Shown here: positions 1 to 8,441 of the stretch, piece after piece
Position numbering within the stretch: the stretch's first letter is position 1
Layout: every line of letters starts with the position of its first letter
From: an uncultured Bacteroides sp.
GTDB lineage: Bacteria; Bacteroidota; Bacteroidia; Bacteroidales; SM23-62
NCBI GenBank assembly: GCA_964477295.1
Contig: CAYZEZ010000001.1
Location: 1-49,404 of the forward strand
Length of the DNA stretch: 49,404 bases
Direction: 5' to 3'
Notes under the pieces: generated by a model
Databases searched by the model: none
Told to the model about the DNA's origin: nothing
What the model saw: only the letters and a program-made list of their open reading frames with translations
Made by a program: the position numbers and the translations under genes

Positions 1-528
1 GCCCTGTCCACCCAGTGTATAGGCTGCCCTGATAATTATAGGAAATCCAAGATTTTTTGCTGCCTCCACTGCCTCCCTGGAACTTGTTACAGCCTTGCTC
101 CTGGGTGTATGAACATCTATTTCCTTGAGCTTGTTAACGAAATGTTCCCGGTCTTCTGTATTAATGATAGCCTGGATAGGTGTTCCCAAAACTTCAACAT
201 TGTATCTGTTCAGCACACCCAGCTGGAAAAGTTCTATCCCACACTTCAGGGCTGTCTGGCCTCCGAATGACAACAAAATTCCGTCCGGCTTTTCCTTCTT
301 GATAACCTGTTCCACGAAATATGGCGTAACAGGCAGAAAGTAGATCTTATCTGCAATTTTTTCTGATGTCTGTACAGTGGCAATGTTTGGATTAATCAAT
401 ACGGTCTTAACATTTTCCTCCTTCAGGGCTTTCAGGGCCTGTGATCCCGAATAATCAAATTCACCGGCCTCTCCAATTTTCAGGGCGCCTGATCCAAGCA
501 CAATAACCTTACTGATGTTTTCTTTCAT
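1..528 (-). CDS. carB: Carbamoyl-phosphate synthase large subunit, N-terminal 176 codons (partial; continues past the window start)
   Basis: The minus-strand frame is open from the ATG at 528-526 to position 1. It translates to [55 protein letters not shown]...[16 protein letters not shown], the conserved CarB N-terminal ATP-grasp lobe. It is missing from the ORF track only because the window edge truncates it. Confidence 0.9.
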   Translation of the reverse strand, partial: MKENISKVIVLGSGALKIGEAGEFDYSGSQALKALKEENVKTVLINPNIATVQTSEKIADKIYFLPVTPYFVEQVIKKEKPDGILLSFGGQTALKCGIELFQLGVLNRYNVEVLGTPIQAIINTEDREHFVNKLKEIDVHTPRSKAVTSSREAVEAAKNLGFPIIIRAAYTLGGQG

Positions 529-546
529 TCGTTTTAAAAATTTGTG

Positions 547-569
547 ATCATATGATTACTAATAATCAT
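547..569. promoter_or_regulatory. Overlapping palindromes (ATCATATGAT and ATGATTA-N4-TAATCAT) 19-41 nt upstream of the carB start codon; candidate operator
   Basis: Read directly from the sequence. 547-556 atcatatgat is a perfect 10-bp palindrome. 552-558 atgatta and 563-569 taatcat are perfect 7-bp inverted arms with the spacer ctaa. Confidence 0.3.
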
Positions 570-717
570 GCTCGTTCATAAGAAGCTAAATAACAATAAT
601 TACGATTAATACAGAGGGGAATGATACCATGATCCAACAGGCTTTGCAGATCCCACCATCGACCAGTATGCATTATTACGGGGTACCTCACGACGCGATA
701 AAAATACAGTTTTTTTG

Positions 718-725
718 CAAATATA
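718..725 (-). promoter_or_regulatory. Candidate Bacteroidota -7 promoter box (TATATTTG on the minus strand) facing carB
   Basis: Plus-strand caaatata is TATATTTG on the minus strand, an exact match to the Bacteroidetes -7 consensus TAnnTTTG. It implies a leader of about 180 nt before the carB ATG at 528. Confidence 0.35.
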
Positions 726-747
726 GAAGAAGTTGCTAATAAATGCA

Positions 748-755
748 TATATTTG
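748..755 (+). promoter_or_regulatory. Candidate Bacteroidota -7 promoter box (TATATTTG) for the argR operon, inside an ARG-box-like 18-mer (742-759 aatgcatatatttgcaat)
   Basis: Exact TAnnTTTG match 27 nt upstream of the ATG at 782. It is the right arm of an 11-bp perfect inverted repeat (715-725 ttgcaaatata / 748-758 tatatttgcaa). Confidence 0.45.
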
Positions 756-781
756 CAATTAGAACGTATAAATATACATTC

Positions 782-1255
782 ATGAAATCAAAAACTCAGC
801 GATTACTGGTTATACGAAAGATCATCGAAGGCGAAAAGATCACAAGCCAGGAAATGTTACTGGAAAAACTCGCTGATAAAGGTCATGTCGTTACTCAGGC
901 TACCTTATCACGCGACCTGAAATTCCTAAGAGTAGGAAAGGTTCCGGATCGCAGAGGGTATGTTTACAGGTTGGCCGAGGGCGAGACAGGGCCACTCAAC
1001 GGGAATAACACCATTCTATACCCTTTAAATGGTTTTATATCTATTGAATTTGCACATCACCTGGGTGTGATCAGGACCATGCCCGGATCGGCTAACAGCA
1101 TTGCATACCAGATTGATCACATGGAGGCTTTTGAGATTTTAGGTACAGTGGCAGGAGATGATACCATTTTAATCATTCCCCGAGAAGATGTGACTAAAGA
1201 AGATGTTATAAATGTATTGGTTCAAATAATACCGCAGATAGCAGAAACAGTATAA
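782..1255 (+). CDS. argR: Arginine repressor ArgR
   Basis: MKSKTQRLLVIRKIIEGEKITSQEMLLEKLADKGHVVTQATLSRDLKFLRV is the ArgR winged-helix N-domain, and the C-domain contains GTVAGDDTILII. The track ORF starts at 743, but the ATG at 782 fits the family N-terminus and lies downstream of the -7 box. Confidence 0.9.
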   Translation: MKSKTQRLLVIRKIIEGEKITSQEMLLEKLADKGHVVTQATLSRDLKFLRVGKVPDRRGYVYRLAEGETGPLNGNNTILYPLNGFISIEFAHHLGVIRTMPGSANSIAYQIDHMEAFEILGTVAGDDTILIIPREDVTKEDVINVLVQIIPQIAETV

Positions 1256-1258
1256 ATC

Positions 1259-1897
1259 ATGGATAAATTTAATATTGCAATTGCAACGGAAAAACATTTG
1301 GAATTTGTTCCTTTCATTGAAGAAGCTATCATCATAGCTTCAAAGGTGAAAGGTACAGGGATAGCTAAACGTTCTAAAGAGTATATTACAGATAAGATTA
1401 TTAAGGGCAAAGCCGTTATAGCGGTTCATGAGGATGGATGCTTTGCTGGATTTTGCTACATAGAAACCTGGGGACATGAGAAATTCGTGGCTAACTCCGG
1501 ATTAATCGTAGTTGAGAAATACAGGGGCAGAAAGCTGGCCTATCAGATCAAGAGTGAAGCCTTCAGGTTATCGAGAAAATTATACCCATCGGCCAAAATA
1601 TTCGGTCTGACCACCAGCCTGGCTGTCATGAAAATAAATTCGTCGCTTGGTTACCAACCGGTTACGTTTTCCTTGTTAACCGATGACGATGAATTCTGGA
1701 AGGGATGCCAGACCTGTTCCTATTATGATATACTGTTTCGGACTAACCGGAGCTTGTGTCTTTGCACAGGTATGTTATACGATCCTTCTGCTGAGGGAAA
1801 GGGAAAAAACAGCATTGCCTCAAAGAAACGAAATGGTAAAAAAGCAATTAAGGAAAAGAAAGGATTGACCAAAGATTTGATATCAAAAAAGAAATAG
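1259..1897 (+). CDS. GNAT-family N-acyltransferase of the arginine operon (putative glutamate N-acyltransferase) with a Cys-rich segment and a Lys-rich tail
   Basis: The acetyl-CoA binding-like motif VVEKYRGRKLAYQIK is present. The gene sits between argR and argG, as in Bacteroidota arg operons. The C-terminus reads WKGCQTCSYYD...SLCLCTG followed by KKRNGKKAIKEKKGLTKDLISKKK. Confidence 0.65.
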   Translation: MDKFNIAIATEKHLEFVPFIEEAIIIASKVKGTGIAKRSKEYITDKIIKGKAVIAVHEDGCFAGFCYIETWGHEKFVANSGLIVVEKYRGRKLAYQIKSEAFRLSRKLYPSAKIFGLTTSLAVMKINSSLGYQPVTFSLLTDDDEFWKGCQTCSYYDILFRTNRSLCLCTGMLYDPSAEGKGKNSIASKKRNGKKAIKEKKGLTKDLISKKK

Positions 1898-1921
1898 CAT
1901 TTAACAAATAAATCAATAATA

Positions 1922-3106
1922 ATGAAAGAGAAAATAGTACTGGCATTCAGCGGGGGACTGGATACTTCTTTTTGCGTAAAATACCTGTCCCTGGAGAAAA
2001 ACTTCGAGGTACACAGTGTTTTTGTCAATACAGGTAGTTTTTCAGACAAGCAGGAGAAGGAGATCGAAAAGAAGGCATATTCCCTCGGTGTTGCAATGCA
2101 TAAGGCCATTGATGTTTCGGATGCCTATTACAACCGCTGCATCCGGTACCTGATTTTTGGAAATATGCTGAGGAACAAGACATACCCTATGTCGGTAAGT
2201 TCTGAGCGGACCTTCCAGGCCATGGCTGTTGCCGAATACGCTTCACAAAATGGGATCGGATACATTGCCCATGGCAGCACAGGGGCAGGCAACGACCAGG
2301 TAAGGTTCGAACTGATTTTTAATATTGTAGTCCCGGACATACAGGTTCTGGCACCCATCAGGGATCTGCAATTGTCGAGGGAGGAGGAAATAGAATACCT
2401 GAAGAAATCAGGGGTCAGTGAATCTTTCGCACAATATGAATACAGCATTAACCAGGGACTCTGGGGTACATCTGTTGGAGGGAAAGAGACATTGACTTCA
2501 AACCAGGGATTACCGGATAAAGCATTTCCCGGACAGAAAGAGATTGATGAAAGCCTTCAGATTGAGCTTGAATTTTCAAAAGGGGAGCTGGTTGGTGGTG
2601 TGGAGACCATTAAAAACATCGGGAAGCTGGGATCGTCGTTTGCCATTGGCAGGGGAATTCATGTGGGTGAAACAATCATTGGCATCAAAGGAAGAGTTGG
2701 TTTTGAAGCAGCCGCGCCCATGATCATAATCCAGGCTCACCAGGTGCTGGAAAAACATGTCCTGAGCAAATGGCAGATTTACTGGAAAGACCAGTTATCG
2801 GAATGGTATGGTATGATGCTGCACGAAGGACAGTACCTCGATCCTGTTATGCGCAATATTGAGGGATTCCTTGAGCATAGCCAGAAAACAGTGAACGGTA
2901 AAGTATTCGTGAAGTTGCGGCCATATACTTTCAGTATTGAAGGAGTATCATCCGATCAGGACCTGATGCAGGCTTCGAAAAGCAAATACGGTGAGATGGT
3001 TAATGGCTGGTCAGGAGAGGATGTAAAAGGATTTACCAGGATCCTGAGCAACCCCATGAAGATCTATTATTCCGTTAATGATAAACCTGTTGTCACACAA
3101 AAATAA
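1922..3106 (+). CDS. argG: Argininosuccinate synthase
   Basis: VLAFSGGLDTS is the N-type ATP pyrophosphatase motif, followed by HGSTGAGNDQVRFE. Length is 394 aa. Confidence 0.95.
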   Translation: MKEKIVLAFSGGLDTSFCVKYLSLEKNFEVHSVFVNTGSFSDKQEKEIEKKAYSLGVAMHKAIDVSDAYYNRCIRYLIFGNMLRNKTYPMSVSSERTFQAMAVAEYASQNGIGYIAHGSTGAGNDQVRFELIFNIVVPDIQVLAPIRDLQLSREEEIEYLKKSGVSESFAQYEYSINQGLWGTSVGGKETLTSNQGLPDKAFPGQKEIDESLQIELEFSKGELVGGVETIKNIGKLGSSFAIGRGIHVGETIIGIKGRVGFEAAAPMIIIQAHQVLEKHVLSKWQIYWKDQLSEWYGMMLHEGQYLDPVMRNIEGFLEHSQKTVNGKVFVKLRPYTFSIEGVSSDQDLMQASKSKYGEMVNGWSGEDVKGFTRILSNPMKIYYSVNDKPVVTQK

Positions 3107-3114
3107 TTGGAATA

Positions 3115-3912
3115 ATGAACAAAATAGCAATTCTGGGAGGCGGAAATATTGGCAGGGCCATAGCGAAGGGCCTTCTAAAATCGGGACAGGTTGATCCCGG
3201 TAATATTACCATTACAAGGAGGCGAAAGGATTTTCTTCAGGACCTTGATGAGCTGGGAATAAAAACGAACAATACCAATGTAGAAGCAGTTTTGAAGAGC
3301 GAGGTATTGTTACTGGCGGTAAGACCAAAACAGTTGCCAGGTTTACTGGCTGAGATAAAGTCATCGATCGACCCGGAGAAACACATCATCGGATCGATCG
3401 TAACAGCGTATTCCATTGAGGATATCGTGAATGGAATCGGCGTAAACCTCCCGGTAATACAGGTAATGCCAAATACAGCAATTGCTATTGGCGAATCAAT
3501 GACCTGTCTTGCAGCAAAAGAAGAATTTTGCGAACAACTGGAAATAGTCGAATCAATTTTTAAAATGTTGGGAAGCACACTGGTCATAAGCGAATCTCTG
3601 ATATCTGCTGCAACGATACTGGGAGCCTGCGGGATTGCATTTTTCCTTAGGGCTATCAGGGCGGCATCACAGGGGGGCATACAGGTAGGATTTCATGCCG
3701 AAGAAGCCCAGTTAATTGCTGCCCAGGTGGCAAGAGGTGCTGCATCGCTGTTGCTGGAAACGGGAAACCACCCTGAAGATGAGATTGATAAGGTCACAAC
3801 GCCCCGTGGATGCACAATAGCAGGTTTAAATGAGATGGAACACAATGGATTAAGTTCAGCCCTGATCAAAGGAATAGTTAAATCGTATGATGAGATCGAA
3901 CAGCTGAAATGA
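3115..3912 (+). CDS. proC: Pyrroline-5-carboxylate reductase
   Basis: IAILGGGNIGRAIAKGL is a Rossmann motif, and the C-terminal VTTPRGCTIAGLNEMEHNG motif is typical of ProC. Confidence 0.9.
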   Translation: MNKIAILGGGNIGRAIAKGLLKSGQVDPGNITITRRRKDFLQDLDELGIKTNNTNVEAVLKSEVLLLAVRPKQLPGLLAEIKSSIDPEKHIIGSIVTAYSIEDIVNGIGVNLPVIQVMPNTAIAIGESMTCLAAKEEFCEQLEIVESIFKMLGSTLVISESLISAATILGACGIAFFLRAIRAASQGGIQVGFHAEEAQLIAAQVARGAASLLLETGNHPEDEIDKVTTPRGCTIAGLNEMEHNGLSSALIKGIVKSYDEIEQLK

Positions 3913-5006
3913 ATAAAACCCGGGCACAAAATATAGCCATACAGACGCTCAAAGAGCTGATACGGATACCATCTGTTAGCGGAAATGAGGAAGGAGCAGC
4001 AGATTGTATTCAGGAGGTTCTGAAACGCCATGGATTTTCAGTAAATCGGAAGATCCATAATGTATGGTCCGTTTTGCACCGTTCGGATAAGCTGCCAACT
4101 ATTTTACTTAACTCGCACATCGATACCGTCCCTCCCGGGGATGGCTGGACAAAAGATCCGTTTGATCCGCTGGATGAGGGGGGTAAGATCAGTGGTTTGG
4201 GCAGCAACGATGCCGGGGCTTCAGTGGTCTCCCTGCTGGCAGTATTTATTTTATTGTCTCAGGAAAAACAACTACCGTTCAACATTATTTATTCAGCAAG
4301 TGCCGAGGAGGAAATTTCAGGCAGGAACGGCATAGAGTCGATACTGACAGAAATTGAACCTGTCGACCTGGGTATCGTTGGTGAGCCAACTGCCATGAAG
4401 ATGGCCATTGCCGAAAAGGGTTTACTGGTGCTTGATTGTGAGGCTCACGGGACAGCCGGTCATGCGTCAAGGGATACCGGGAAAAATGCAATATACCTTG
4501 CCATGGACGACATCAACCGGATAAGAAATTACAGGTTCAGTAAAAAATCAAAAATTACCGGTGAGGTAACTATGCAGGTAACTCAAATCGATGGCGGCAT
4601 CAGGCACAATATTATCCCCGGTAAATGCTCATTTGTTGTGGATATAAGGACCAATGATCAATATACAAACGATGAGGTACTCGAGATCGTACAGCAAAAC
4701 CTGACAAGTACGGTTGTGGCGCGATCAACCAGGTTAAATGCTTCTGGAATTGCACCTGCTCACCCGATCGTTGAAGCAGCCGGCATGCTCAATATTGAAT
4801 GTACAGGTTCAGATACTCTTTCTGACCAGGCACTGATGCCTTTCCCGACTGTAAAAATGGGACCAGGCTCTTCAGCCAGGTCACACACAGCTGATGAGTT
4901 TGTGGAAAAACCGGAAATCATCACCGGGATTGACACTTATTTGAACCTGTTGAATAAATATGCAGAGTTAATCATTCATAAAGGAATATATGAAGACGTG
5001 GGATAA
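3909..5006 (+). CDS. argE: M20-family deacylase (ArgE/DapE type; acetyl- or succinyl-ornithine/citrulline deacylase)
   Basis: LLNSHIDTVPPG, GSNDAGASVV and SAEEEISG are M20 metal-ligand motifs. The start overlaps the proC stop (ATGA at 3909-3912). Substrate specificity cannot be read from the sequence. Confidence 0.7.
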   Translation: MNKTRAQNIAIQTLKELIRIPSVSGNEEGAADCIQEVLKRHGFSVNRKIHNVWSVLHRSDKLPTILLNSHIDTVPPGDGWTKDPFDPLDEGGKISGLGSNDAGASVVSLLAVFILLSQEKQLPFNIIYSASAEEEISGRNGIESILTEIEPVDLGIVGEPTAMKMAIAEKGLLVLDCEAHGTAGHASRDTGKNAIYLAMDDINRIRNYRFSKKSKITGEVTMQVTQIDGGIRHNIIPGKCSFVVDIRTNDQYTNDEVLEIVQQNLTSTVVARSTRLNASGIAPAHPIVEAAGMLNIECTGSDTLSDQALMPFPTVKMGPGSSARSHTADEFVEKPEIITGIDTYLNLLNKYAELIIHKGIYEDVG

Positions 5007-6324
5007 GGGATATAAACTGGATGAAATGGTTGAAAAATTCACTGTTGGCAGTGACCGTTCAACTGACATGGCGTTGGCTCCCTACGACATCCTGGGAAGC
5101 ATTGCACATGCCCTTATGCTGGGCTCTGTCGGTATTTTGAATAAAAATGAAACCAAACAGCTTACGGGTGAATTAAAAAACCTGTACCGGATCATCCAGT
5201 CGGGTGAATTTCAAATTGAACCGGATGTGGAGGATATCCACAGCCAGGTTGAAAAACACCTGATTGAAAAATTGGGGGACCTGGGTAAGAAAATACATAC
5301 CGGGAGATCAAGAAACGACCAGGTACTGGTTGACCTGCATTTATTTATCCGCGATAAGTTAGCCCTGGTTGTCAGGGAAACAGTTGAACTTGCAAAAGTA
5401 CTTATAGGGATGAGTAACCTGCACAAAGAGGTGCTTTTGCCGGGATATACCCATTACCAGGTAGCCATGCCGGCATCCTTTGGATTATGGTTTGCCAGCT
5501 TTGCAGAAAGCCTGGCCGATGATCTTCTGTCTTGCCAGGCTGCATATACGATGTCGGATCAGAATCCTCTTGGATCAGGAGCAGGGTTTGGCTCCTCTTT
5601 TCCCTTAGACAGAAAAATGACAACCCGGCTTCTTGGATTCAGAAACATGCGATACAATGCGATGCATGCCATGAGATCGCGGGGTAAGCTGGAGCAGTTT
5701 ACAGCTCAGGCTATGGCATCGGTTAGTGATACTTTAAGCAAACTGGCATCTGATGTGTGTTTGTATGCGGGACAAGATTTTGGATTTATTGAGTTGCCCG
5801 ATGAATATACTACAGGATCAAGCATAATGCCCCATAAGAAAAATCCCGACCTGTTTGAAATGATCAGGGGATATTGTAACCGGTTACGCGCGTTGCCGAA
5901 TGAAATAGCTATGATTTCTTCAAACCTTCATACAGGCTATCACAGGGAATTTCAATTGTTGAAGGAACCTTTATTTGAAGGATTTGAAGTACTGCTTAAT
6001 TGCATAAGAATTCTTAATAAAGTAATGCCCGGGCTGGGGATTAATTCTGTTGACCTGAAGCAGGAAAAATACAGGTACCTTTTCAGCGTGGAAGAAGTTA
6101 GCAGGCATGTCGGGAATGGCCTGCCCTTCAGGGAAGCATACCAGAGAATTGCCAGGGATATCGAAAGCGGCGCCTATTCCCCGAATCAGGACCTGCAGCA
6201 TACTCATGAAGGAAGCATAGGGAATTTGTGCAACGATGAGGTTGTAAACAAAATAGATGAACGCCTGCATGATTTTAATTTCGAAACGGGAAGCAAGGCG
6301 TTGCAGGAATTATTAGATGGATAA
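4990..6324 (+). CDS. argH: Argininosuccinate lyase
   Basis: MKTWDKG is the expected N-terminus. TGRSRNDQV and GSSIMPHKKNPD are fumarate-lyase signature motifs. The gene overlaps argE by 17 nt. Confidence 0.95.
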   Translation: MKTWDKGYKLDEMVEKFTVGSDRSTDMALAPYDILGSIAHALMLGSVGILNKNETKQLTGELKNLYRIIQSGEFQIEPDVEDIHSQVEKHLIEKLGDLGKKIHTGRSRNDQVLVDLHLFIRDKLALVVRETVELAKVLIGMSNLHKEVLLPGYTHYQVAMPASFGLWFASFAESLADDLLSCQAAYTMSDQNPLGSGAGFGSSFPLDRKMTTRLLGFRNMRYNAMHAMRSRGKLEQFTAQAMASVSDTLSKLASDVCLYAGQDFGFIELPDEYTTGSSIMPHKKNPDLFEMIRGYCNRLRALPNEIAMISSNLHTGYHREFQLLKEPLFEGFEVLLNCIRILNKVMPGLGINSVDLKQEKYRYLFSVEEVSRHVGNGLPFREAYQRIARDIESGAYSPNQDLQHTHEGSIGNLCNDEVVNKIDERLHDFNFETGSKALQELLDG

Positions 6325-7135
6325 TAAAATGGAGAGCAGAGAGGAAATAGTAAAAATGGATCGTATTGTTGTGAAGGTTGGGACAAGTTCTTTATCCTTC
6401 CCAAATGGAAAAACCAATTATACACGACTTGAACGCCTGGCCATGGTACTTTCTGATCTTCTGAGCGAAGGCAAGGAGGTTATTCTGGTATCCTCAGGTT
6501 CTGTTGGGGTGGGGGCCGGCAGGCTGAAAATGTATGAGCCTCCCACCAGTCTTGTAGCACGCCAGGCAGTGGCTGCCGTTGGACAGGCTGAACTGATCAG
6601 GATATATCAGAAGTTTTTCGATGAGTACAACCAGATGGTTGCACAGGTTCTGTTAACCAGGGATGGTCTTGAAGATGAAACAAGGAAAAGGAACGCCCGA
6701 AATACAATAAATGAATTATTGCGGATGAAAATTATTCCAGTCATCAATGAAAATGATACGGTTTCGACTGCAGAGATCCAATTCGGGGACAATGACAACC
6801 TGTCGGCCAAGGTGGCGATTATGATGGAAGCCGATCTGCTGATCATCATGTCAGACGTGAATGGATTATATTCCGGCGATCCACATACAGATCCCTCCGC
6901 CCAGAGGATATCTGTAGTAGAACAGAGTGACCAGACTATTGATCAGTATATCAATGATTCAACTTCTGCTTTTGGGACAGGCGGAATGGCTACCAAAATA
7001 CAGGCCGTCAGGTTATGTACCTCGCATGGAATAGATGCATGCATAGTGAATGGTGATGATCCGATAAATGTATTCCGCATCATGTGCGGAAAGGATGTGG
7101 GAACCCTGTTCCTGTCGAAAGAGTTAAAACAATAA
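6317..7135 (+). CDS. proB: Glutamate 5-kinase (short form without a PUA domain)
   Basis: IVVKVGTSSL, VSSGSVGVG, NENDTVS and FGDNDNLSA are present. Alternative in-frame starts at 6329 and 6356 cannot be excluded. The gene overlaps the argH stop by 8 nt. Confidence 0.9.
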   Translation: MDNKMESREEIVKMDRIVVKVGTSSLSFPNGKTNYTRLERLAMVLSDLLSEGKEVILVSSGSVGVGAGRLKMYEPPTSLVARQAVAAVGQAELIRIYQKFFDEYNQMVAQVLLTRDGLEDETRKRNARNTINELLRMKIIPVINENDTVSTAEIQFGDNDNLSAKVAIMMEADLLIIMSDVNGLYSGDPHTDPSAQRISVVEQSDQTIDQYINDSTSAFGTGGMATKIQAVRLCTSHGIDACIVNGDDPINVFRIMCGKDVGTLFLSKELKQ

Positions 7136-7150
7136 AAGCCAATACATATA

Positions 7151-8398
7151 ATGGATGATTTAGCAAAGATGGGCAAGACAGCCCGTGAGGCATCTTTTTT
7201 CCTGGGATCTGTATCATCAGAAATGAAAGATAAGTTGTTGAATGAGGTGGCCGTTGAATTAATGAATAACCAGGACCTGATACTGAAGGAGAATAGGGCA
7301 GATATGGACCAGGCCGGGAAGAATGGTTTAAAGGGAGCCATCATCGACAGGTTGCTGCTGAACGAATCCAGGATATCCGATATGGCGGAAGGTCTCAGGG
7401 GAATTGCCCTGCTGGAAGATCCTGTAGGAGAAGTGATGGAAATGAAAAAACGGCCCAACGGACTGATGATTGGTAAAAAGAGGGTTCCCCTCGGAGTTAT
7501 TGGTATAATTTATGAATCAAGGCCCAATGTCACTGCAGATGTGTTTGGACTGTGTTTAAAAACAGGAAATGCATCCCTGCTCAGGGGAGGGAAAGAAGCC
7601 TTTCGAACCAATAAAGCCATTGCTTTTGTGATTAAACAGGTTATATCAAGGTTAGGTTTTCCTGAAGGCACTTTTCAGCTGGTGGAGGATACAAGTCGCG
7701 AAACAGCAACAAAAATGATGCGGCTCAATGACTACCTTGATATACTTATCCCCAGGGGGGGAGCAGGCCTGATCCAGGCAGTGGTTGAGAACAGCACGGT
7801 ACCGGTAATTGAAACCGGAACGGGTAACTGTCATATCTATATTGATTCCTTTGCAGATAAGGAGATGGCGATAAAAATTACCGTTAATGCCAAAACACAG
7901 CGACCCGGCGTATGTAATGCTGCTGAAACTGTGCTGGTTCATGAATCGGTTGCAGCTGAGGTTATACCTGCCCTGATTAAACAATTGCAGGAAAAGGGTG
8001 TTGAGATAAGGGGAGATGAAGTGGTTAGAAATCTTGTTCCCGGCATAAAACTAGCTTCAGAGGAAGACTGGGATACGGAATACCTTGACCTGATCATAAC
8101 GGCAGGAGTGGTTGGTTCGCTCGAAGATGCCATTTCACATATCAACCAGTATGGTTCCGGCCATTCGGAATGCATTGTCACAGAAAATTATACGCATGCT
8201 CAGAAGTTTCTTTCTGATGTAGATGCTGCAGCAGTATATGTGAACGCTTCAACACGGTTCACCGACGGGTTTGAGTTCGGATACGGGGCTGAGATAGGCA
8301 TCAGCACACAGAAATTACACGCACGGGGACCTATGGGATTGAAAGAATTAACGACCACGAAGTACATTATTTATGGAAATGGGCAGGTGAGAACGTGA
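7151..8398 (+). CDS. proA: Glutamate-5-semialdehyde dehydrogenase (gamma-glutamyl phosphate reductase)
   Basis: IYESRPNVT and RPGVCNAAETVLVH (catalytic Cys) are present, and the C-terminus is GLKELTTTKYIIYGNGQVR. Confidence 0.95.
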   Translation: MDDLAKMGKTAREASFFLGSVSSEMKDKLLNEVAVELMNNQDLILKENRADMDQAGKNGLKGAIIDRLLLNESRISDMAEGLRGIALLEDPVGEVMEMKKRPNGLMIGKKRVPLGVIGIIYESRPNVTADVFGLCLKTGNASLLRGGKEAFRTNKAIAFVIKQVISRLGFPEGTFQLVEDTSRETATKMMRLNDYLDILIPRGGAGLIQAVVENSTVPVIETGTGNCHIYIDSFADKEMAIKITVNAKTQRPGVCNAAETVLVHESVAAEVIPALIKQLQEKGVEIRGDEVVRNLVPGIKLASEEDWDTEYLDLIITAGVVGSLEDAISHINQYGSGHSECIVTENYTHAQKFLSDVDAAAVYVNASTRFTDGFEFGYGAEIGISTQKLHARGPMGLKELTTTKYIIYGNGQVRT

Positions 8399-8441
8399 AT
8401 CGGAAGTCGCCAGTCTCCAGTCTGCAAAGATAAACTTCAAC

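Noticed and set aside
552-569. The palindrome ATGATTA-N4-TAATCAT as a canonical ARG box
   Set aside because: The half-site spacing (TGA-N10-TCA) differs from the ARG box (TGAAT-N4-ATTCA, that is TGA-N8-TCA). It is kept only as an unassigned candidate operator.
566-748. 60-aa minus-strand ORF in the carB-argR intergenic region, considered as an attenuation leader peptide
   Set aside because: It has no run of Arg or other regulatory codons and no obvious terminator/antiterminator pair. It also starts upstream of the candidate minus-strand -7 box at 718-725, so it would not be fully transcribed from that promoter.
743-781. The upstream ATG (743) given by the ORF track as the argR start
   Set aside because: The extra 13 residues (MHIFAIRTYKYTF) overlap the candidate -7 box and are not part of the ArgR fold. 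The ATG at 782 gives the family-typical N-terminus.
6943-7458. 171-aa minus-strand ORF spanning the proB/proA junction
   Set aside because: It is antisense to two confidently identified genes. It is Ser/Phe/Ile-rich, as expected for a shadow frame.
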